Of a stretch of DNA of 59,598 nt, positions 19,383-27,479 are shown one piece after another (the first letter of the stretch is position 1; every line of letters starts with the position of its first letter). The stretch is from positions 1 through 59,598 of the forward strand of contig DAPM01000005.1 in assembly GCA_002502135.1 (NCBI GenBank), written 5' to 3'. The DNA is from an archaeon UBA543 (GTDB lineage Archaea > Undinarchaeota > Undinarchaeia > Undinarchaeales > UBA543). Both the position numbers and the translations under genes were made by a program. The notes under the pieces are model-generated. The model did not search any database, had not been told where the DNA came from, and was given only the letters and a program-made list of their open reading frames with translations.

Positions 19383-19395
19383 GTTCCAGTGGAAG
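19383..19395 (+). promoter_or_regulatory. mini-ORB core
   Basis: GTTCCAGTGGAAG matches the classical TTCCAGTGGAA core. No G-string follows. Confidence 0.6.
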
Positions 19396-19488
19396 TTTTG
19401 GAAAAATTGGAATTTTCTTTATATATATAAATATTTTCCATATAGATAATAAATAATAAAGAAATTTTACACGAACGCTTCTTCTTGA

Positions 19489-19510
19489 TTCTCCAGGTGC
19501 AATTAAGGGG
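19489..19510 (+). promoter_or_regulatory. ORB-like box
   Basis: TTCTCCAGGTGCAATTAAGGGG. Confidence 0.45.
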
Positions 19511-19523
19511 TGGCAGGTAGTAA

Positions 19524-19545
19524 TTATTTACTATATAGTAAATAA
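19524..19545. repeat. 22-nt perfect palindrome, copy 1 of the TTTACTATATAGTAAA module
   Basis: TTATTTACTATATAGTAAATAA is its own reverse complement. Related copies sit at 20318-20348 and 29814-29844. Confidence 0.8.
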
Positions 19546-19596
19546 ATATAAAATATAAAAACAAATAATAAAAACCACATTTAATTAATTTTTTAA

Positions 19597-19758
19597 TTAT
19601 TTTCCCCTATAATTTGCATACCCACGCTCAATATATCTTTTAGTATTTTCCCAATATTTAAACCACAATTCAATTTCTCTTTTAATAACTCGAATCGGCA
19701 TTTCTGGTCCAACAACAGTTTTTTCTGCATCATCACTCAACTTTGCAAGGGCATTCAT
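19597..19758 (-). CDS. small hypothetical protein (53 aa)
   Basis: Not in the ORF track because it is under 60 aa. Its ATG overlaps the stop of the upstream ORF (ATGA at 19755-19758). Translation starts MNALAKLSDDAEKTVVGPEMPIRV. Confidence 0.4.
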   Translation of the reverse strand: MNALAKLSDDAEKTVVGPEMPIRVIKREIELWFKYWENTKRYIERGYANYRGK

Positions 19759-19961
19759 AAACCCTTAACATTATTTTTATTTATTCCATAACAAAAACCC
19801 AAAAACAAGTCCACACCACCAGGTTTTTCTAATATTTCCTGTCTTACTTCTAAATCATTTAATCGAAATTCAAATCGATCCTTTTTCTCTTTAACCCAAT
19901 TCATTATAAAAAGAAAAGCAGCTTTTTCTGCAGTAATTTCTTTGAATTTTTTCTCCTTCAT
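19755..19961 (-). CDS. small hypothetical protein (68 aa)
   Basis: ORF overlaps the upstream gene's stop by 4 nt, placing it in a three-gene coupled cassette. Confidence 0.45.
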   Translation of the reverse strand: MKEKKFKEITAEKAAFLFIMNWVKEKKDRFEFRLNDLEVRQEILEKPGGVDLFLGFCYGINKNNVKGL

Positions 19962-20317
19962 TTTTCTAACATCCCCCGATTCTCAAAACCGAGCTCCTTC
20001 ACCTTATTTTGCAAATCAGAATTTGCTTTGTGGCTAGCAGCTTGCCCAAGAGAATAATAAATATGTGTGCTCTCTCTGCCCCAGGTAAACCCACCTTTTT
20101 CTTGCTTAGCACCAATCTGCTTAAATTCGCCAAGATCTACACCGCGCTTGAAATGGTAGTACATTGAACGAATATCAACTGGCTCAAAAACTTGCTTGTA
20201 GATTTTGTAAACCTCATAACCATATGCAGAGCCAAGAGCATCAACAATTTGCTGCATTCGGTCTCTTATTACTGATTTTACTGGCCGACCACGACCTTTT
20301 TGAGCTTTTTTAGCCAT
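19958..20317 (-). CDS. AT-hook plus winged-helix (PadR-like) DNA-binding protein, putative
   Basis: Start set at the ATG at 20317 (MAKKAQKGRGRPVKS, where GRGRP is AT-hook-like). GYEVYKIYKQVF and SMYYHFKRGVDLGEF look like a winged helix. Promoter module lies immediately upstream. Confidence 0.55.
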   Translation of the reverse strand: MAKKAQKGRGRPVKSVIRDRMQQIVDALGSAYGYEVYKIYKQVFEPVDIRSMYYHFKRGVDLGEFKQIGAKQEKGGFTWGRESTHIYYSLGQAASHKANSDLQNKVKELGFENRGMLEK

Positions 20318-20348
20318 ATTATTTACTATATGGTAATTAATTAATAAA
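20318..20348 (-). promoter_or_regulatory. promoter/operator module, copy 2
   Basis: Minus strand reads TTTATTAATTAATTACCATATAGTAAATAAT directly abutting the ATG at 20317. That gives a TATA-like box at about -31 to -24 and a half-palindrome at -17 to -1. Confidence 0.55.
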
Positions 20349-20418
20349 GGTTTTGGTTGGGTCAATAACCAACACCCAATCCAATAATCTTAAGTAGTAG
20401 ATTACCCAAAATAACACT

Positions 20419-20832
20419 ATGCCCAGCATGCGAGAACTTGAAACAATCCTGAAGAACATCAGAACTGCAGTGAAAGCTGCAATTAACACAACAACAGGTG
20501 AAGTAGACGGGCCTGCGCTTGATTTACAAGCAACAGCAGTAAAAGGATGGGCTTCAGAGTTTGAAATAAACTACGTTTCTAGAGCAGCCCAGAAAAAAAT
20601 AAAACGAGCACAAATCGAAACCGAAGGCCACAAAATCCGAGACCACGCACTTTTCTGCAAAGACACACTCTTAGATGCTGCAATGTTTGCAACACAACCA
20701 CCTGCACCAACAAAATTCGGAGTTCTTTCAAGTGGTGAAGTACCTGGAGAATCAAAAGCACAAGTGGACGAGGAACTTTCAAATCTTTTAGATGAATTTA
20801 TCCAATTCCGCCGCACAGTTCTCGAGGAATAG
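20419..20832 (+). CDS. hypothetical protein
   Basis: 137-aa ATG ORF, divergent from the winged-helix cassette. No motif recognised. Confidence 0.45.
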   Translation: MPSMRELETILKNIRTAVKAAINTTTGEVDGPALDLQATAVKGWASEFEINYVSRAAQKKIKRAQIETEGHKIRDHALFCKDTLLDAAMFATQPPAPTKFGVLSSGEVPGESKAQVDEELSNLLDEFIQFRRTVLEE

Positions 20833-20848
20833 TTTTTGAAATTGATTA

Positions 20849-20917
20849 GCAGTGGTCAGGGTCTCAGTTGTCGGTAGTCAGAACTTTGATGGTCAGTCGT
20901 CAGTGGTCGGTCGTCGG
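20849..20917. repeat. degenerate heptamer array ((G/C)GTC(A/G)GT units)
   Basis: The core GGTCAGT CGTCAGT GGTCGGT CGTCGG is at 20891-20917, with looser units upstream. Sits between convergent genes. Confidence 0.6.
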
Positions 20918-20950
20918 GATCCTGAGTGCCGAGAACCCAAGTGCTGACTA

Positions 20951-23128
20951 CTATTTTCTATAATCTCCGCTAATCACTTTTCTAATTTCTCTAGCTTTTT
21001 TATCCCCAATCTTCTCAATCTTTTTCAAATCAGATTCGCTAGCATTAACCACTTTTTCAACACTATTAAATTCTTCCAGCAATCGCTTTGCCAGCGAAGG
21101 CCCGACTTGCGGAAGCGACTCAATCATAAATTGTTGCTGTTCTTTCAATAAAACCGGTCGCTTCTCAGTTCTAAGTGCAACCTCCTGTTTATCATCAAAC
21201 TGCTCACGCCCAGCAAGCACTTTCAAAAAGTTGGCAGTATCTTCAACATCCCGAGTATAAACAAGTGGAATCTTAAAATCAACAGCAAGCGAAGCCAGCG
21301 CACCCCGAATTGCATTCGGATGAATATTTCTTTTCCCATGCAAACTATCCCCCTCAACAACAATAACTGGTCGTTCAAAAACTCTGGACAGTGCACCAGC
21401 CTGTTTCATTAACCGGCCGTCAATCAAAGACTGTAAAAAGTCATCAACTTGTTTCCGCTCCACCCCACACCGCTCAGAAATCTGAAAATCAGCAACCTGC
21501 AAACTTTTCATCCTCACCTCAACCCCATTTTCTGACAAATGTTTCAACAGACCAGATCCACCTTCTCGTGAATCTGCAAAAATTATTGGGATTTTATCAT
21601 CTTTCTTGGAAAACTTGTCAAGAGTTTTTTGATTACTTACTTGTCGTTCCTTAAATCCACTAAGCACAGTTTTCATTCTCTGCTCCTTTCTTTTCGCAGC
21701 CCAATAATATGCCTCGTCCCTTGTTCCTTTTGTAATCAACATTGAAATTCGTCCAGGTGCATGCCTTGCTGTCCTCCCTGCTCGCTGAATACTCCTAATT
21801 GCTGACGGCACAGACTCATAAAAAATAATGTGATCCACACTTGGAATATCTAAACCCTCTTCTCCAACAGAAGTTGCAACCAAAACTGAATACTCCCCAG
21901 CTCTAAATTTATCTAATCTCTTGATCTGTTCTTTCTGGCTAACACCTTTTCCTGTCTTCCCTTCTGCCTGTCCTATCAACTTAACTGCACTGATGTCTTC
22001 TGCTTTCAAAAGGTTCATAATATTCTCAACACTTGCTCGATAATGAGCAAAAATAATGTTTTTTTCGTTTTTATCAAGGATCTCAAGTAGTTTGTCAATT
22101 TTCGGGTGTTCCACTCCACCCTTCAACAACAAACCAGTTTGCCACATTGCTTCCTTAAACTCAGGATTCACTAACAAATTCTTCGCTGCCTTGGTATTAT
22201 CTGATCTCATTTTCTCAAAATAAGAATTGAGTGGAGTTATCCCTTGTGTTTCTAGAAGTTCTTGTGCATGGTATGCTTTCAAAACCCCAGCCAGCGCAGA
22301 CAAATATGGATAAAGGTCTTTATTCTGCCCAGCTTCTGACCCCAATTTTCCTTGAAGCATCAAAATATCCCGCTTCCTCAAAGCAGTCAGCGCGTCGCTT
22401 GAAATAATCCCACCTTTTTTCAAATATCGCAAATAACTTTTCAAAACACTTTCAAGCAAAGACTTTACTCTTGTAAACTCTTTTGGCAATTCCACTTCAA
22501 TATGCTTGAATGTCCGCTTCTTCACATACTGCCTAACCTCAGCGTCCTCTCTGTCTCTTGCCTCAACTTTTTCAATAAAAAGTGAATTGCAAATCCCTTC
22601 TACAGTCTGCCTGTCTGATCCTGGGGATGCTGTAAGCGCTAGTATGCGTGGGTTGTCTGCAGTTTCAACATACCTTTTTGCAATAAATGGATATGGGTAT
22701 TCTCCAACAGCCCGATGCGCCTCATCAAAAATAACCAGCACAAAATCATTCAGATTAACTTTTTTAGTTATTAAATCATTTTGAATAACCTGGGGCGTTG
22801 CGAATATGAAATCAGCGTCTTTGTACTCCTGCTCTCTCTTTCCTGGAAGCAGTTGTCCTGTAAAAACTTTGAAGTTATCTTCGGCCAAATCAAACTCTTT
22901 TTTCCAGGTTGTGCAGTGCTGCTCCACTAACGGCCTGGTCGGTGCCATAAACAGCACTTTCCCTTTGTGTTTCTCAGCTCTATGAGCTGCTAACATGGCT
23001 GCAATATGCGTTTTCCCAAGTCCTGTTGGGAGCACTACAAGAGTATTCGCACTAGCTGCAGTGTTGAAAATACTCTCTTGGTACAGCCTTGGCGTCAAAC
23101 CATTACTGCTCAATAACCCCTTCCCCAT
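20951..23128 (-). CDS. hef: Hef (helicase-associated endonuclease for fork-structured DNA; XPF/FANCM-like)
   Basis: 725 aa. N-terminal SF2 helicase (PTGLGKT, FDEAH), C-terminal ERCC4 nuclease region (ADSREGGS, VADF, GVERK) and a tandem HhH tail. Confidence 0.85.
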   Translation of the reverse strand: MGKGLLSSNGLTPRLYQESIFNTAASANTLVVLPTGLGKTHIAAMLAAHRAEKHKGKVLFMAPTRPLVEQHCTTWKKEFDLAEDNFKVFTGQLLPGKREQEYKDADFIFATPQVIQNDLITKKVNLNDFVLVIFDEAHRAVGEYPYPFIAKRYVETADNPRILALTASPGSDRQTVEGICNSLFIEKVEARDREDAEVRQYVKKRTFKHIEVELPKEFTRVKSLLESVLKSYLRYLKKGGIISSDALTALRKRDILMLQGKLGSEAGQNKDLYPYLSALAGVLKAYHAQELLETQGITPLNSYFEKMRSDNTKAAKNLLVNPEFKEAMWQTGLLLKGGVEHPKIDKLLEILDKNEKNIIFAHYRASVENIMNLLKAEDISAVKLIGQAEGKTGKGVSQKEQIKRLDKFRAGEYSVLVATSVGEEGLDIPSVDHIIFYESVPSAIRSIQRAGRTARHAPGRISMLITKGTRDEAYYWAAKRKEQRMKTVLSGFKERQVSNQKTLDKFSKKDDKIPIIFADSREGGSGLLKHLSENGVEVRMKSLQVADFQISERCGVERKQVDDFLQSLIDGRLMKQAGALSRVFERPVIVVEGDSLHGKRNIHPNAIRGALASLAVDFKIPLVYTRDVEDTANFLKVLAGREQFDDKQEVALRTEKRPVLLKEQQQFMIESLPQVGPSLAKRLLEEFNSVEKVVNASESDLKKIEKIGDKKAREIRKVISGDYRK

Positions 23129-23208
23129 ACCCTTTTCTTGAATTACCTTGCATATATTATTAACCCAACTGGCGAAAGTTTTTTAACCAACACTTAGAAT
23201 CAATACTT

Positions 23209-23430
23209 ATGCGCAAAACAGTTGACAAGTTCAGAAAATCCAAGGAAATCTCATCCTGGCTGAATGCATTTTCTAACAACATTTTGCCCCCAGCACTATT
23301 CCTTTTTATTGCAACAGTTGCACTTCACTACATTCCTCTTGTCTCAAACACACTTCTTCGCGTAAATCTTAGTGTAATATCGATAGTATCAGCCGCACTT
23401 TCACTCTATATCATCACTCTGATGCTCTGA
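23209..23430 (+). CDS. small membrane protein, hypothetical
   Basis: 73 aa with two hydrophobic segments. Confidence 0.35.
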   Translation: MRKTVDKFRKSKEISSWLNAFSNNILPPALFLFIATVALHYIPLVSNTLLRVNLSVISIVSAALSLYIITLML

Positions 23431-23466
23431 TGTAAATCTTTATATAGCCTATACCTTATACCTGTT

Positions 23467-24018
23467 ATGGGAATATTATCTATTTTCAAAAAAGCTAAAG
23501 ACAGTGTTAAAGAGGCCGTTGGCGCAGACACTGAAGCGAATTTTGGTGCAGAATCATTTGAAGAGCCTGTAGCAGAATCAACAGAACTTTCTGCTGTAGC
23601 ACCTGAACCCGAGTCTGGTGTAGATTCTAAACAGGAAGCCGACATTGATGAAGAACCAGAGCCTGAATTAGCACCAGAATTGCGGGATTCTATAGAAGGA
23701 GCAGGGTTTGAGCCAGCAGATGAAACTGAACCAGAAGAAAAACCAGAGCTGGAACCACCAGCCCCCGAACCAGAAACACATTCACCAGCACCCTCAGCCG
23801 ATTCTGCAAAAATTCTCCCAACTCTTGAAGTAATTAAAGCTAATATTGAAACAGTAGAAGCAAGAATTGAATCTTTGGAATCAAAAACACAATATCAACA
23901 TTCAGAAACAGAACGGTATATGCAGTACCTCAGCACACTGAATGAAAAACTTGATCACCTGCAAGAAGAACAAATTGAAATCGAACGCCTGCTAAAATCA
24001 AATGTCAACCAAGCCTAA
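23467..24018 (+). CDS. acidic low-complexity / coiled-coil protein (MGILSIFKKAK N-terminus)
   Basis: 183 aa. Glu/Pro-rich middle section and a heptad-rich C-terminus. The stop overlaps the start of the next gene. Confidence 0.5.
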   Translation: MGILSIFKKAKDSVKEAVGADTEANFGAESFEEPVAESTELSAVAPEPESGVDSKQEADIDEEPEPELAPELRDSIEGAGFEPADETEPEEKPELEPPAPEPETHSPAPSADSAKILPTLEVIKANIETVEARIESLESKTQYQHSETERYMQYLSTLNEKLDHLQEEQIEIERLLKSNVNQA

Positions 24019-24613
24019 GGGGAAGAATATTCTCCTTCACCATGAAACCGCATTACTTGTTATTACCCTGGTTGCCGCACTTGTAATTACAACAACTATC
24101 TTCATCCTTCTTTGGAGTTTTCTGAAAATCGGGTTTGTCTGGCTCATCTGCTTCCTGATTTTCTTTATGATCAGAAAAACAAACTTATGGAAGTTCTCGA
24201 TTGAGGTTCACTTTTTCATGATTTTCGTGACAACATTTGTTTTTGGGTGGCTATTTTCTACCTCATTGTTTATTGCAGTAATTGTTATTGTTGTCAAGTT
24301 TTTCCGTCCTGACGAACTCCAGGGAGCTATCATAAATATTGTTTGTCTTTCAATTGTTACTGGACTGACTGTATATCTTACTTCTGTTTTCGGTATGGCA
24401 ATTGCACCTTCAACATTTATCTGGGTTGCTACTGCTGTTGTTGCGCTTGGTATTTTCCTAGATTATGTGATGATTCTGCGAATCTTTCCATACTTATGGC
24501 TGAAACTTACAATGATGCACATTCTTGAAGTTTTCTTACAATATTACTTCATTGTTGCTTTCGGTTTCAAAATTTTCCAACTCCTTCTTTCAATAAAAAC
24601 CGTTGCCCCATAG
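24002..24613 (+). CDS. multi-TM membrane protein, paralogue A (FRPDELQG family, unknown)
   Basis: 203 aa. Shares KNILLHHET, RKTxxWK, FRPDELQG and YGM motifs with the next gene. Confidence 0.6.
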   Translation: MSTKPKGKNILLHHETALLVITLVAALVITTTIFILLWSFLKIGFVWLICFLIFFMIRKTNLWKFSIEVHFFMIFVTTFVFGWLFSTSLFIAVIVIVVKFFRPDELQGAIINIVCLSIVTGLTVYLTSVFGMAIAPSTFIWVATAVVALGIFLDYVMILRIFPYLWLKLTMMHILEVFLQYYFIVAFGFKIFQLLLSIKTVAP

Positions 24614-24650
24614 AAACCTATATTAAACCCTACTTGTATAAACAATTTAA

Positions 24651-25271
24651 GTGAGCATCACAAACAATATCTCACTTGCCAAAGCTCGGGGGCAGAAAAA
24701 TATTCTCCTGAACCACGAGACAGTTCTTATTGTAGGTGCTATACTTGCTGCAATTATACTCTTCACTCTTTTCTTCTCATTTTTGTGGGCAAAATTTCAG
24801 GTAGCCTTTGTCTGTATTCTAGCATGGATCTTGATAGTGATTACCAGAAAGACCGACTCATGGAAAATGGGAATTGAATGTTACTATATCTTCACATTTT
24901 TACTGGCGTATGCATTTAATGTGTGGCTTTCCCTTTTTGTAGTTGTTTCTGGAGTGCTATTTGTGATAAAAGTGTTCCGTCCTGACGAACTCCAGGGTTC
25001 GTTGTCTCAGCTCTTCGGCATAATCGGTATTGGTTTCAGCACAAAATTCTTTGTGGCAAGGTATGGTATGTCAATAACTAAACCACAACTGCTTTTTGCA
25101 GGGTTAATCCTTTTCATTATCTGGGATTTTATTCGTTTCTTGGCCGCACTCAAGATCTGCCCAGCTCATTGGGTCAAACTATTCGCATCTTTCATCACTG
25201 GAATTTTTGTCAATTACTTCTACTACAGCACATTCGCATTCCCTCTCCTCATGTTCCTCTTGTCACTCTAG
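24651..25271 (+). CDS. multi-TM membrane protein, paralogue B (FRPDELQG family, unknown)
   Basis: 206 aa with a GTG start. A 23-nt stretch (24975-24997) is identical to 24302-24324 in paralogue A. Confidence 0.6.
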   Translation: MSITNNISLAKARGQKNILLNHETVLIVGAILAAIILFTLFFSFLWAKFQVAFVCILAWILIVITRKTDSWKMGIECYYIFTFLLAYAFNVWLSLFVVVSGVLFVIKVFRPDELQGSLSQLFGIIGIGFSTKFFVARYGMSITKPQLLFAGLILFIIWDFIRFLAALKICPAHWVKLFASFITGIFVNYFYYSTFAFPLLMFLLSL

Positions 25272-25307
25272 CCTAAAACTATTTGAACCACCATTTTGTA
25301 ACACTTT

Positions 25308-26135
25308 ATGAGGGAAAGAATGAAAAAATCAATATTAATCTTGATATTGCTACTGCTGGCAGTTCCAATTGTATTTGCAAGCAGCCGAATTGTGGTTGTT
25401 GCAAACTCAATAGACTACGAAAATGCAGATCCTTTTATAGATCATATGGACAGCCGAGGCAGACCAGTTCTTCACATTACAGCGCAGGACCTTGATGCGC
25501 ACAACCAGGAGAAGTTTGTTGTAATTCTCGGTGGGCCAGATGCGCCAGAAGGGATCGGAACCCAGGTTCAGGAGCTTCTTTCTGAAAAAGATATGGAATT
25601 TATCAGGGAAAAGCGCGGAAACAAAAAAATGTTTGTCAAAACCAATGTGTGGCGCAAGGGTCAGGTTGTTATGATAATTGCAGGCAACCACAGAACCGAC
25701 ACCAAGAGTGCAATGAATGAGAACAAGGATCCAGTTTTACAGGAATCTACAGAAGCTCAAATTGAAGAACTGTCTAAGAACACACTTCCAATTGAATTGA
25801 AGATTGAGGGATTCAATTTCTCCCAGAACGAAAGCGGCGACGGTAACTGGTACTTCTATTGGGTTGAGTTTTCAATGGAGCACAGCGGTACTGAGAGCAT
25901 CCAGCCAATGATTGATGTGGAATTGACAAGGAAAAAAGACGGCAAGTACGAGCAGGTTTTCCTGAATACAAATGTAACTCACTTTGACGAGCCATTTGAT
26001 CCAAAGGATTTGTGGCTTGACAATTATTCTGATGCAGTTAAACTGGATGCCGGAAAGCACAAGTTAATTGTAAGATTAAGAGATGGTGCAAGCTCTGAAG
26101 TTATTAGTGAGGATGTTGAGGACTTTTTGCGTTAA
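25308..26135 (+). CDS. secreted protein, hypothetical
   Basis: 275 aa. N-terminal signal-like MKKSILILILLLLAVPIVFASS. Confidence 0.55.
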   Translation: MRERMKKSILILILLLLAVPIVFASSRIVVVANSIDYENADPFIDHMDSRGRPVLHITAQDLDAHNQEKFVVILGGPDAPEGIGTQVQELLSEKDMEFIREKRGNKKMFVKTNVWRKGQVVMIIAGNHRTDTKSAMNENKDPVLQESTEAQIEELSKNTLPIELKIEGFNFSQNESGDGNWYFYWVEFSMEHSGTESIQPMIDVELTRKKDGKYEQVFLNTNVTHFDEPFDPKDLWLDNYSDAVKLDAGKHKLIVRLRDGASSEVISEDVEDFLR

Positions 26136-26722
26136 ACCAGCAAATTTCCCCAAAACAGTGCAGCTAAAGCAATAGCAAGCGCAATTCCCCAATAAGTTCG
26201 ATTCCACTCTAGAATTTTCCGACCATCCAATGGCCCAAATGGAATCAAATTAAAAACAGCCAAAAATGCATTAACATAAACAGCAGTGCTAGCTAAACTA
26301 GCAATAAGAGGACTCACAGAAAACACAGAGATTAATCCGAAAACACCAATCAAACCCAGATTCACCAATGGTCCTGCAAATCCAATTTTCCCAACATCAC
26401 TCCGAGTTCCATGCCGTCCGCCAAAGTAAACAGCACCAGGAGCTATAAACAAGAATTTTGAACCAAACCAGCTAGTAACAACTGCCATTGCAAGCGCAGC
26501 AATCAAACCATTTTTCCACATTCTGTACTCTGCCTTGTACCCAAACTTCTGTGCAGCGAACTTATGCCCAAGTTCATGAAATGCAAAAGCTGGAGCAACA
26601 ATTATCAGCGCAGGCACCATCATAAAAAGAGTCACAGACCAACTATTTGTATAAGCAATAGCAAGCGAGATAACTAATATCGAAATTACAAGTTCCTTTA
26701 GCTCAATTTTCGAGAATTTCAT
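26132..26722 (-). CDS. site-2 protease family (M50) metalloprotease
   Basis: HELGH (HExxH) in a TM helix plus NLIPFGPLDG. ATG at 26722 is preferred over the tracked TTG at 26740. Confidence 0.75.
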   Translation of the reverse strand: MKFSKIELKELVISILVISLAIAYTNSWSVTLFMMVPALIIVAPAFAFHELGHKFAAQKFGYKAEYRMWKNGLIAALAMAVVTSWFGSKFLFIAPGAVYFGGRHGTRSDVGKIGFAGPLVNLGLIGVFGLISVFSVSPLIASLASTAVYVNAFLAVFNLIPFGPLDGRKILEWNRTYWGIALAIALAALFWGNLLV

Positions 26723-26767
26723 AGCATTAGCTTGATTCAATAGGTTATAAATAATTCGGAGATTACT

Positions 26768-26956
26768 TCACTCTAAACTCTTAACTTCTATTGGCTTCCC
26801 GATAATCAGCTCAGCAGCTCTAACAACAGAACCACCAGGACCAATTGCTCTTCCAATCTTGTCCTTACTGACATGGACAACAATTTTGTCATCCGCGTCA
26901 TCTAGTTTTTCAACAACAACGTCAAGCATTCTTTCCAGATCTTTAATCTCTACCAT
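26768..26956 (-). CDS. small KH-domain RNA-binding protein
   Basis: GRAIGPGGSVV carries a GxxG loop. ATG at 26956 is preferred over the tracked TTG at 26971. Confidence 0.55.
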   Translation of the reverse strand: MVEIKDLERMLDVVVEKLDDADDKIVVHVSKDKIGRAIGPGGSVVRAAELIIGKPIEVKSLE

Positions 26957-27066
26957 TGGGAAAATCACCAAATTGACATATGTAATGGGTATTTAAATGC
27001 TTTTGCAGGACCAACAAAATATATAAACACCTGAGTAAAAGGAGACTGCACTAAGAGGGGAATACA

Positions 27067-27408
27067 ATGGCAGTTTGCAATCTTACAGAACTAGTTGGAA
27101 AAGACGTCTTCACTCGCAACGCAAAGTTCGTTGGGAAGATAGACGACACAATGCTCGACACTGAGAAGGGGAACCTTTACGGCGTAGCAGTTGGCTTGTC
27201 AAAGGACAGCTTCCTGTCAAAAGCAATAGCAGGCTCTGAAGCTGGAGCTCGAAAATCAATACTCATTCCATACAAGGAAATTATTGCTGCTGACGATATT
27301 ATTTTGGTTACAGTTCCAAAGCAGTACGAGAGACCAGAGGATGTCCAGACTCCACCAGATGAGATGGATGAGGTTATCCTGCCTGGTGTTGGCGAAGAAG
27401 GGATCTGA
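27067..27408 (+). CDS. PRC-barrel domain protein
   Basis: LVGKDVFTRNAKFVGKIDDTMLDTEKGNLYGVAV matches the PRC-barrel pattern. SD-like AGAGGGG lies upstream. Confidence 0.65.
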   Translation: MAVCNLTELVGKDVFTRNAKFVGKIDDTMLDTEKGNLYGVAVGLSKDSFLSKAIAGSEAGARKSILIPYKEIIAADDIILVTVPKQYERPEDVQTPPDEMDEVILPGVGEEGI

Positions 27409-27479
27409 GTCAACAGAATTTTTACAGAGTAGTTTGAGTTAGACAAGAGTCTATGTTTTGTAATAATTTTCAGGATAAA

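Larger units (their letters stand above)
18708..19560. other. candidate chromosomal replication origin (oriC)
   Basis: About 850 bp with no credible coding capacity. Holds several ORB-like boxes and a 118-nt A-tract run, next to orc1/cdc6. The tracked ORFs here are low-complexity artefacts. Confidence 0.7.

Noticed and set aside
19020-19564. Tracked ORFs 19020-19265(-), 19265-19456(+) and 19379-19564(-)
   Set aside because: They translate A/T homopolymer-like origin DNA into Lys/Asn/Ile/Phe-rich strings and overlap ORB-like boxes. They are treated as non-coding.
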